Below, in pieces: positions 52,100 through 62,900 of a stretch of DNA of 64,000 nt. The translations under genes were made by a program, and so were the position numbers. How positions within the stretch are numbered: the first letter of the stretch is position 1; each line of letters opens with the position of its first letter. This stretch comes from Neoechinorhynchus agilis (Eukaryota; Animalia; Acanthocephala): contig CM121342.1 in NCBI GenBank assembly GCA_051530055.1, positions 6,988,864 through 7,052,863 of the forward strand. Reading direction: 5' to 3'. Below the pieces are notes generated by a model. That model searched no databases. It was not told the DNA's origin and worked only from the letters and a program-made list of their open reading frames with translations.

Positions 52100-52360
52100 C
52101 TCAAATCATCAAGAGACATGTAAGCGTCGAGCGGATTTTGGTGGCACCAACCTTATAGAAATAGAGCAAAATTTAAAAAGACGGCTTGTTTTGGAGGCCT
52201 TACACATCGCTGCGTCAAACACAATGGAAGGAAATAAAGCTAATTTTAGCTTGAAACTTTCAGCCAGCGACGTGTTAAAAATCAATGCTAAAATCAATGG
52301 GAAAAAACGAGCGGATAATTGGTCCCTTCGAACTTCGGGTTTGGCGATCCCGCGCACTCC
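52100..52360 (-). mobile_element. Probable CRE-clade RT N-terminal fragment
   Basis: LALIFNTSL..PSIVFDAAMCKASK..IR..RRL is weakly like L..LVN.LL..PILFGASLCALKK..IRPIA..RRL. Confidence 0.3.
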
Positions 52361-52652
52361 GAAATGAAACCCAGGTACCGGTCATTTAAAACGAAATAGT
52401 TGCTCATCCGCGTTTTTGCACCGCTAAAAACACTAAAGTAGAGGATACCTAAACAAATTCGTACCAGTTTGGACTTCGAGGACCCTCCGCCGCTGAGGTT
52501 GCCATAAAGTTCTGTTAGTAACCGTGAACTTTAGTAGACAAAAAATCAGCGCTGGTAAAAGTAATCCATAGAAACTTTGTCAGTTTTTTTTAATTTCGTT
52601 TATCTTCTATTTCAAAAAGTTTAACTATTTGGTAAATGTTTATTGCATAGTA

Positions 52653-53399
52653 GCATATTTTTGACTATTTCATCAACTTGTTTTTGTATGCGAAAATTTT
52701 AGAAAACATGAGCGAAAATCAGCTCCCCTCTCGTGGTTTCTTCGTATATTAGAAAAGATTCTTGTACTCCGATGCCTCGCTTCAGAATCTAGACAGAGAT
52801 TTGTGTTATGTTCTCGAAGCCTCATTAAGTTGTGATCTTACGATTATTTCTCTAACATGAATTCCAATTTTCAAATTCGTAGTAAATTTTACGCTCTCAA
52901 ACATCAAGCCAGTTTCGAAGTTCCCTTCAGTGAGTGGGTCTATTCTATGTGTGCAAACACCTCCAAACTGCTTTATTGTTTTATAAATTTGCAAATCGAT
53001 AGAATCGCTATCGAAGTCCAGGACTACCTTTTGACCGGATTTTAAAAATTCGACACTTCTTGTCGCTGTCTTTTCTTCAAAAAATCTTCTATATTACCTT
53101 AAGCTACCTTTGAAAATTAGGTCTCAACGAGAATGCACGAATTCTTCGTGTTTTTTGAAAAGTACTTGATTGTCGAAGGTGGCTGAGGTAAGATTTAGGA
53201 TTTAGGACGAAGGAAAAGTGAATGTGGTTAGATTTTTTCAAAAACCGCGAATCGTAGTCCTGAACTGATGCATAGGCGACACTGAGATGATGATGTATAA
53301 AATGATGAAGTAGGCGGGAGGAGTATGAACATGTAGACGAGGTTCACTCGTTACTGGGAGTTATAATTTATAAATTTTGAACACCATAACTTTGAACGC
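52653..53399. repeat. 747-bp direct repeat, copy 1 (copy 2 at 55834-56580)
   Basis: Near-identical from gcatatttttgac to ctttgaacgc; offset 3181. Confidence 0.95.
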
Positions 53400-55190
53400 G
53401 TCAAATCTAATAGAATCCGCGGTGAAGGCCCCCCTTTCCTCGCAAAACAATACGAATCTAGAATCGCGACCCTCCAAGATTCTCGCCTTTTCTAAAACCC
53501 CTCCGAATGCAGGTCACCAAAGCTTTCCGGTATGGTAATCCTGCTTACCCCTCCCTCTACTCCACACTGACAAAACGCATCCGTATAGCCCGCAAAGTAT
53601 TCCTCTCATCTCGTCTCTCGTCCGTTCCCAATCGAAACTGGTGGCGTTAAATAAAAAATATCGCTGGTCTTGGTAGATCCACCCCTTTCGCATCTCTCCC
53701 CAAATCTGATCTCCTCTCAATCTTCAATACTATGAATAAAAACCTCTGTCCTCCCTAAACCTCCTCTCCGTTGTCCCAACCTCCCTTCTCACTTTCGGAC
53801 CCGCCCATTCATACATGTCCTTCCTTAGTTTCCCCTCTTGAAATCCTAGAAATTCTTAAACGCCTGCCCTGCCATTCTTCCCCTAATTCGACTATCCCAA
53901 ATTGGGCCATTCGTTTCATCATCCCCGAACTTATCGATCCTCTAACGCGCATAACGAACCTTAGCTTTCTACTGGGCTCTTTCCCGTCCTGTCTTAAGGA
54001 AGTCCGTGTCGCCCCTACCCAATAGCGATAAGCCGATTTCCTCCACATCCCTTCGTCCCATCTCTATCTTCTCACCTTTCTCTAAAATCTTAGAAATTTT
54101 TTTTAAAACCCGCTTACTTCCCTTCTTCCTCAAAAACATCTCCCCTTCCCAATTCGCTTTCCGTCCCAATTACTCTTGTTCTGATGCCCTCCTCTGCATC
54201 TACGATACGCTTGTGCACAGCTTAGATTCCAGTCCAGAATCAATCGTCCGTCTCGTGCAACTGGATATTTCCAGGGTGTTACCATGTGCTTCCTTTGGCC
54301 TCCCTACTTGGCAACTCGCTTGGGTTTCCTCTTTCCTCTCCAACCGCAAACAATATATTAAATGTGGAATTTCTTGCTCCTCTTCTCTACCCATATTTAA
54401 AGGGGCCCCCAAGGCGCCGTACTTTCCCCTCTCATCTTTGACATTTTTCCAAATGACCTTCATCCCCTCACTCCCCCTACCAAATATTTTCTTTATACAG
54501 ATGACCTCACAGTCATTACCATCGCATCTCTCCCTCTCCACTACCATAGACGAGCACAACTATCTCATTTCCTCGCTCTCCACCCTAAACCTCTCCTTAA
54601 ATTTATCTAAATCTTTTGAGCTTGTCCCCCACATTTCCAAACGCAACCTTATCCCCGCGCCTCCCTCTCCCCATCCAACGCTCCTCTTCTCTTCGAATAC
54701 TGGGCGTGATTTTACAAGAAAACCTTTAATGGGATGCCCACATTTCATTTACCCTCTCAAAAGCAAACCCTCGTCTTTACCTTCTCAAACTCCTCCGGCG
54801 TCTCGGCAATATGTGGGACTTGACTCCCTCCCCTCGACGCCCACCTCCACTCCATTTTCTCCAAAAACGCCATCCGTCCACTTCAACCCCCTCCACAATT
54901 TTCTTCCCTCTTCTCTGCTCTTCCCTAGTAAACACTCGGAACCCCAACCTTTTTCATCCTCCCATCGCTCGTACCTCCCTCAACCAAAAATCTTTCTTTC
55001 CTCAAGCCCAATCTTTCCTTAACAACCGGAGAACAAGGAAAGACTCCTAATCTGCCATTCTCCTGTAAAACTCCAAAGACAAACCCCACCTTCCTTGCCT
55101 CAACATCCGACATCCAGACACCTTCAGCAAAGATAGATGCTTGCAAGTGTATGGATCGTTCTTTTCTTAAATTAATAGAACGTGTTTATA
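53400..55190 (+). mobile_element. APE-type LINE RT fragment, longer copy of 22156-23433
   Basis: LPCHSSPNSTIPNW, LGSFPSCLKEVRVAP, LRPISIF, LYTDDL; same 3' end as the 22 kb copy. Confidence 0.9.
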
Positions 55191-55833
55191 TGGCCTTCTG
55201 CACGATCCGTAAGTCCAACGATGGCTGCTTTTGGCACGTCTGGGGTATTGTGGCTTGTCCTACTTTAGAGGTCCATAATACTCCGGATAGATCTTAAGGG
55301 CGTTCTCCCGACCAGCCGAAATCAAAGAAAGGCCGGCAATGCGACTTCCTTCATGAGTCTGAGTCCTGAACCTCCGTAGTTTGAGGGTAACGTCACGTGT
55401 TTAAACGAGGAATGGTCGAAATCGATATTGACGATTTGGCTGAGCTTATTCCGAAGAAGATCATCCAGACTCGATAGATCATCCTTGCACGCGAAGGCGG
55501 GTGCAGATCTCAGCCTGTGCAAAACCATTGGGATGTAGAGGCAGTTTCTAATCAAAAAACGGCCTCGTGAGATTTTAGATTTGAACATCTTTTACACAGC
55601 AAACTCAGGGCGGCAACGATATTCGCTACGTCCTTCGGAACATTCTCTTTGAAAACGCATGAACCCAGCAGACTGATGTCGCAAATATTGATTCGTTTAA
55701 TGCCTGGAGCGACATTTTTGAATTGCTCGTGCTCCTGCGAGCTTTCTGTTTCGTCCATGTTCAGGAGTAGCAATTCACACTTTGAGCTGTTAAACTCGAG
55801 GCTTATCTTCGAGCTGATCTCGATGATGCCGTT
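55190..55833 (-). mobile_element. CRE-clade retrotransposon RT palm/thumb fragment
   Basis: LEFNSSKCELL, ISLLGS, FLIRNCLYIP..LHRLRSAP and TLPSNYGGSGLRLMKEVALPAFL (CRE LP.R.GGLG.R....ALPAFL). Confidence 0.8.
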
Positions 55834-56580
55834 GCATATTTTTGACTATTTCATCAACTTGTTTTTGTGTGCGAAAATTGTAGTAAACATGAGCGAAAAT
55901 CAGCTCCCCTCTCGTGGTTTCTTCGAATATTAGAAAAGATTCTTGTACTCCGATGCCTCGCTTCAGAATCTAGACAGAGATTTGTGTTATGTTCTCGAAG
56001 CCTCATTAAGTTGTGATCTTACGATTATTTCTCTAACATGAATTCCAATTTTCAAATTCGTAGTAAATTTTACGATCTCAAACATCAAGCCAGTTTCGAA
56101 GTTCCCTACGGTGAGTGGGTCTATTCTATGTGTGCAAACACCTCCAAACTGCTTTATTGTTTTATAAATTTGCAAATCGATAGGATCGCTATCGAAGTCC
56201 AGGACTACCTTTTGACCGGATTTTAAAAATTCGACACTTCTTGTCGCTGTCTTTTCTTCAAAAAATCTTCTATATTACCTTAAGCTACCTTTGAAAATTA
56301 GGTCTCAACGAGAATGCACGAATTCTTCGTGTTTTTTGAAAAGTACTTGATTTTCGAAGGTTGCTGAGGTAAGATTTAGGATTTAGGACGAAGGAAAAGT
56401 GAATGTGGTTAGATTTTTTCAAAAACCGCGAATCGTAGTCCTGAACTGATGCATAGACGACACTGAGATGATGATGTATAAAATGATGAAGTAGGCGGGA
56501 GGAGTATGAACATGTAGACGAGGCCCATTCGTTAATGGGAGTTGTAAATTATAAATTTTGAACACCATAACTTTGAACGC
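55834..56580. repeat. 747-bp direct repeat, copy 2
   Basis: Near-identical to 52653-53399. Confidence 0.95.
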
Positions 56581-57856
56581 TATTCGAGAACACATTCAAT
56601 CTCGATCAAATGCCCCATAGATGTCAAATAGGAAAAGACAAGAAGAGTTATATTTAAAGCAATGAACAGTGTCATAAATGATCGCCACAACGTTATTTTT
56701 TTCATTAAAAGTCAAAATTATTGCACTTTATTGTGAGAAAGTCTTTAAAAAGATGCGGGGGTATTTATCTATCTTTTTTACTTGTCACAATAACGATTCA
56801 TCTTGCAGATAAGAATCTTGTGAACTACTACTGATTTTACAGCCGCATGATTGATCAAGTTTTGTTTTTAAATTACCAATTGGGCGGATTGTTGCAATGA
56901 TAAGGATAAAAATCTTCATAATGTACTCTTAATAACTAACATATCTGTACCTGTTTGGGTTTCGATTACTCTCCGCCGCTACAGTTGCCGGAACGGTCTG
57001 CTATAATCTTTGGTAGGCTAAGACGGACTATGGTCTAATTCCTCAACCGTGGTGATACAGAATCAGGGGAGGAAGGCTACAATACGCCGGACTTGGGTAG
57101 ACTGGGTATCCGGTGACCGCTGTACCCTTCAATCTACACGATCGTCTCAAATTTTAGTTTTTTGCGGTCCTCATCAATACGACAACCTGACGAATCCGCT
57201 AATCTGAGGCAACAAACGAAGTCGATGATTATAAAGGGATTTTCCTTTCAATTTAGAATTCCATAGCTTAGTTTTTGTATTTTAATGAAGCATTTGCCAA
57301 AAAATCGCAATTTCAGTATTGTTCTTATTGTAAAACGGCAAAATGATTCCTGTAAATTTGTGAATTTCCCAACAAAGGAATAGACCGTGGCGCTAACATT
57401 GAAACTCTCGAATCCGGTGACTTTGACGATCCAAACATGAAAACAGTTGCTTTTCAACGTTCGTAGTGTTTTCCCGGTTCAAGAGTATATAAGCACGTCA
57501 AGATCAAAGTCTCAAATCACTCTCGAAAAACTCAACGATACTTGTGCTAATGAATTCGATGGCAATTTTCCTCCTATTCTTGAATTTTACTTTCTGTACG
57601 GTAAAATGTGGTTACCAAGAATCATGTGAGAAATCGTATGGTAATTCAAATTTGGTCACATCGAACGTTCAATTTAAAACGCTGAGTAGAAAAATCCGTA
57701 AGTTCATGGAAAATGCTTGTTAGAAAAGCTAATTATTTTCGCTTTATAGTTCGAGGAGGTAAGCTATGTTTTATTCGAAAGTTGCGTATATTGCGACATA
57801 AGGCACGGCAGCCAATCAAAAGTCAAGAAACATTTAAGGAGGATAAAAGTTCGGAA

Positions 57857-58218
57857 ATGGCAGACAAAGATAATCAGATTTTCGTAAATCGGCACTGCAT
57901 ACCGTTTTTTATTCTTTTATTAGCAACGTTAAGTGTATTACTTATCATGGCATTTGCGATGGCCTACGTAACACTCAAGCATTGCTTACGGTAATTTTTT
58001 AGTTTTTTTTGTTAAAAAATCGTAATTTTATTAGAAGGAAAATTCGAAAGGGACAAACAAATGAAGAACCTCCGACGTTCTTAAAGCTGGAAAAAAAGGA
58101 TATTGAAGACGAAGGTAGCAGCTTTAACGATGCCGATAATTGTTACAGTGTTCTCGGTGAACCGAATGAAAATGGATTTCCGCCTACAAAACTCAGGTGG
58201 CAACCATCTCATGTTTAG
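57857..58218 (+). CDS. Unknown single-pass membrane protein. Exons 57857-57990 and 58035-58218 (may start further upstream)
   Basis: Hydrophobic IPFFILLLATLSVLLIMAFAMAYVTL followed by basic residues; 44-nt gtaatt..ttag intron joins the two ORFs in phase 2. Confidence 0.65.
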
Positions 58219-58581
58219 CTTTTGAGATTTTAAATAGAAAATCTAATCTCTAAATAAGAATGAGCATTGTTTGAAAGAATGCGATTATTTTGCAATTTTT
58301 TTTATAAAAGAACAGAATTTACTGCTCATGTCAACGGTTTTTTCAACATTTAAAAACCAAAAATAGCCTTCGAGTAAACATAAAAGTTTCCGATATGACG
58401 ACCATGAATGAAAAAAAATTCAGTCCAAAATAAACGAAAAAAATATTCAAGATTTTGTTGTTACTCGTCAACTCAATATTATATTAAAGGTTTTTAGTCT
58501 TCAAATACGAACTATATTTCAATTAATGCACAGTATTTATTAAACTACGTGGTAAAATCAAAATTAACTTATAGAATTAAT

Positions 58582-58983
58582 TAAAATTATGGAAAGCCTC
58601 TTTTCCCAACACCCATTATCGAACGGAAAATGGGTGTTTTATTTATTTCTTGCTTCAAAATTTCGACGCCTTGCGTCTTCGTCAGGAAGCTTTTCTTCGG
58701 TTATCTGAAAAGGAATCAGAGGAGGGCAACGAATCTGGAATAAAACATGAGGGTGTTGGGAAAAGAGGCTTTCCATAATTTTATGAACATGCGGTTAAAC
58801 CTCTACAAACTTCGCGACTCTGGAGAGGATAAAGATTTTGGAGCAACGGATCATTTTTACGGACAGCGTTGCCCTCCTCTGATTCCTTTTCAGATAACCG
58901 AAGAAAAGCTTCCTGACGAAGACGCAAGGCGTCGAAAATTTTAAGTAAGAAATAAAAAAAACACCCATTTTCCGTTCGATAAT
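58582..58983. repeat. Interleaved inverted repeats A-B-A'-B'
   Basis: A 58582-58614 / A' 58751-58783 (33 bp perfect); B 58615-58731 / B' 58867-58983 (about 117 bp, few mismatches). Confidence 0.92.
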
Positions 58984-59602
58984 AAATCTAGAATTAATTC
59001 GAAAACCACTTTGAAATACCGAATGGTTGGCGATCCGACGAGAGCAGTTTTGCTCCTCCAAAACATAAGTCTGACTCTGCAATCCAGAAAGGCGGTGATG
59101 TGAATGATCTACCGGAAATATTGGTTTATTATTCTACTTTAAAACGTGTATCAATTTCAGAGGTTCTCAATATCCAACCCAAGTGAGTGTTGACGCGGCT
59201 CATATTACTGAACTTTTTAAATGAAAAAGTTTCGAGAATTGTGTATCTTTAAAATGAACAGCAAAACAACATACTCAAAAGGCGACAAAATCTCCTGGAG
59301 AATAAAATTAAGGTGTTGACGCGCTCATAATGTTGAACTTTTAACGTGAAAAATGAAATTTCAAAAAATTGCCCATTTTTAGAGTCGTCAACCAAAGTAA
59401 CGGGAGTTTTCAATAGAGATTTCTTAGAATGAATGTATTTAGCGAACGTAAATTTCCGACTGTACCAATCTTGGACGAAAGTAAAGATCAATAAAAAACT
59501 GCGCACTTTCACTCGAGAATGATTTTCGTCTCAATCATAACGATCACTATTGAAAAGCGTGCTTATGATCACAATGTAAATGCATTTATTTTTGATGGCT
59601 CA

Positions 59603-59836
59603 TTAATTAGACGTTTCCCGACTTTTGATTTTCTCTTCAGAAGACTTGAATCCATTGGAACTCTTCTTTGGAATAAACGGAGATACACAGATGCAACATA
59701 CAAGAAAAGTGACAATCGTTGAAACTGCAAAAATTAAAAACCCGGCGATTAAGAATAAATGAGTTGTGCTTAGATTTGAACCAAAAACGGAACCTAATTT
59801 CTTCAGCACTTCTTCGATCTGGCTACTGAGGTGCAT
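59603..59836 (-). CDS. Unknown small single-pass membrane protein (77 aa) just downstream of spindle-E
   Basis: TM segment HLFLIAGFLIFAVSTIVTFLVCCICV; ttttcaaag acceptor 7 nt before the ATG. Confidence 0.5.
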   Translation of the reverse strand: MHLSSQIEEVLKKLGSVFGSNLSTTHLFLIAGFLIFAVSTIVTFLVCCICVSPFIPKKSSNGFKSSEEKIKSRETSN

Positions 59837-59980
59837 TGTTAAACTTTGAAAACGCATTTGGCCTAAACTAAGCGTTGTCATGACAACGAGATTGAATTTC
59901 AACACAGCAAGAATATATTTTGCTACTAACCTTCAGTGCGATCACGCAATTGCTGATTTTTTCTCTCGCTCTCGATGTAA

Positions 59981-62900
59981 TCAGTTTTTGTAAGCTACTT
60001 CCGATAGCATGCGATAATTTCGCTGATGCACTTCTGAACGTATATGTTTTGCAATCTCAAACTTATTGTTCAGCTTGATCCAACACATCTCACAGAACAT
60101 TGGAGGACTTGCTTTAATGCTTACCGCTCGATCTTGCATTTCTCTACATTGCTGCATCATATGAACGACGTATTCTGGATTTGAAAGTGGTGATGAATCT
60201 TTAACTTGCGAATCTAGTGGACCAAATAAGTCGATTTTGTATCCGGCACCACTTGGATCTCCTCGAGCTGGTTTGTTCCAATCGTAACTGTTCGCAGGAA
60301 CACTTTGCGATAAATACGAAGTATGATCTCGTTTTTGCAGGAGGCTGAAGAAAAGTCGACGAATCGGTAAACATGTATCCTCAAATATTTGATAGGGTGA
60401 AGCGTTTGGATCATCTGAAGGATCGTCGAAATATGTCCGAAAAAGACATATTTTATCCCAAAAGAGGTGAATCACAATGCGCTAAGACAACCGGTTTCCC
60501 CGATTCATCTCCTTTGTTCATTTAAAGTAAGATCTAATTTTGTTAATTATAGCGAAATCAACTTCATTTAGCATGGCATCAAAATGAAGGGCGATGTCAT
60601 GATCGGGATATACAGCGACTCCGGAGTCCGGATGTATTCCCAGTCCACAAAGGGCACTAACGTACATGGTTCTAAAGCAATCAGCCCTTATTTGACACAC
60701 TGGGCTGAAAATAAGTGTCATCATAAGTGGCATACCGACGATCGGGGGCATTTCTGTAGTGTTGAATAGACAAACCGAATTCTCATTGCATCTAACTTCA
60801 CCTGCAACGACCAGTCGTTCAAAGTCAAGACTGCTTTCACAATCTAACATGTGACCATTGATATCGCTTCGATGAATTCGTACCTCATTCGAAATGTTTA
60901 AAGCTCTTGGAAGAGCAGTGAAAGACGATTTAAGGTTACTTTTAAATGGCCCGATTTGGATACTTCGTTGTGTGTGATATTGGCGGTTTTCTATACCTGG
61001 AAAGACTTCAATAAGTGCATCGGATAATTTGCTGCGTCGATAATCACCATCAACGTACACTTCCACCATGCGAGCAGGATCTGAACATAGACTTGAAATG
61101 TGTTCATCGTCCACAGGCTCGAGGTATACACGTCTATCAGAAGGTAAAAACTCCTCGAAATCCTTGCAATCGACATCATTTGTAGTTCCAATCGCTGCCA
61201 TTTGATACTCATGAACGTCGTCCTGACCTTCGATTTTCGCCGAAAACCGACCAAACCTGATTATTTTAACGATATGCGCATTGTATCCATTATTTCGGGA
61301 AGATCGCATATTGACACCGATTAATCGTCGTGCAGATTTTGGTTTAATGGTCAATCGATCAATCGAAGCCAAAGTAATTACGTCTTCGTGTACTTTACAA
61401 TGACTTAAATTATCCGATAAATATTGAACGGAATTCTCAATAATAATCGTAGTATCGTCCCCAATTGTACGTGAGTTTAAATCACCTTCACAGACAATAA
61501 ATAAATTTTTGTCATTTTCGTCAAGAACGACAGTAGCATTGGTCATCCGCAAATCCTGATGGAGTGTGTCCTGAAGAGTATCAGCAACTAAGTTTTTCTC
61601 GATCGGACTGATCTTTTCCACTTTTACAGTCCGTTGTGGATCATAAAGTTTCATTGATTTATTGACAGTCTTGTAGTCTAGTGGAGTTCGTACAAAGTAG
61701 TTCGGATAGCAAGAGCCAGCTATGGCGACTTTGAGAAAAAGGCAATCAATATTGTGCTTGAGTTCATTTGTCTTATGAGCTTCCTGCATCTCTTGAAGAA
61801 GATTACTACGGAATGGTCGGACGCGCATTATGGACAAACGTCGAAATAAATCGTCGTAGAGTCGATGAGCTTCAAGGAGACTGCGAATAGATACTCCATT
61901 TTGAGTGGTGAATCTTCGCATCTCCTCTCGGGTTCTTAGAAGATTTTCCTTCGTATACGCTAGGTAACATTTGAAAATGTTTGCCATTGCAAACATCTCC
62001 GAATTCGTACCGTTCGCCCATCGACGTTTGTTCCGAACCCGTCGTACCAAGTTTCTATAACCAGCGGGAAATATCTGACGTGAACTAGAAACTACTGCCA
62101 TTATCACCGCATCTTCTAAAAGACCCAATACATGTCCGATGGCAATCAATTTAGACCATTAATTCTCAACTGGAACACCAATAAGTTGATCTCTTTTAAT
62201 CTTAGAAAACCTGGTAAAAGTAGTATTTTCCCCTTTGAAATGCTTCATCGCTTTCAAAGTACTCTAAGTTATGAAAATCTAAAAAGACAAGCGACAAAGA
62301 TCAAAAAATATAAAACTTTTGTTTGAAGATGATTGAATTATTGTTTATAATGGAAAAAATAGAAGGAACTCTATTAAATCCCACAGGGCTTACGTATTAG
62401 AAAAGTTTCCAGCAACCTTCACACGATATTGTGTGCCCAAATAAATGGGATTCAATAAAATTTCTTCAAATATTCCGCCATAAACGAACATTAAACCTTC
62501 GCTGCGTTGGGGGGCTTCAGTAGAACATGAGAACTAATGATTTAGACAAATGAACAGATATTGGTAATCTTGCCATTATTTGACCAACAAAAGTGAGATC
62601 ACCATCGGAGAAATTTGTTTTGGCGGCTAAATCTTTGTCGACAGTTAAAGCTCCAAGTTCGAATAGAGTTAAGACATTTGATAGAACTCTGCTTTTCTCT
62701 GGGGGTGATATTACACCTTGAAGAATGTCCCAAGGACTTCCAAGACCGAGTAATTTTGTTTGAAGAATAACGTTCAACAATGGCGTTCGCAACATCTCTG
62801 GGCGTTCTGTTTTTGGTAGAGATTCATAGAAATCTCTTGGAACAAGTCTTATGCATACACCGTTGGCAACTCTACCGGCACGACCTTTCCTCTGTTCACA

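Noticed and set aside
53200-53230. Telomeric repeat (gatttaggatttagg)
   Set aside because: Only two units, within the 747-bp duplication.
52653-56580. LTR retrotransposon
   Set aside because: No TG..CA ends, PBS, PPT, gag or integrase; the interior is non-LTR sequence.
56950-57140. GC-richer island that might be an snRNA, SL RNA or other ncRNA
   Set aside because: No recognisable U snRNA, 5S, 7SL, tRNA or Sm-site pattern; it needs an Infernal search.
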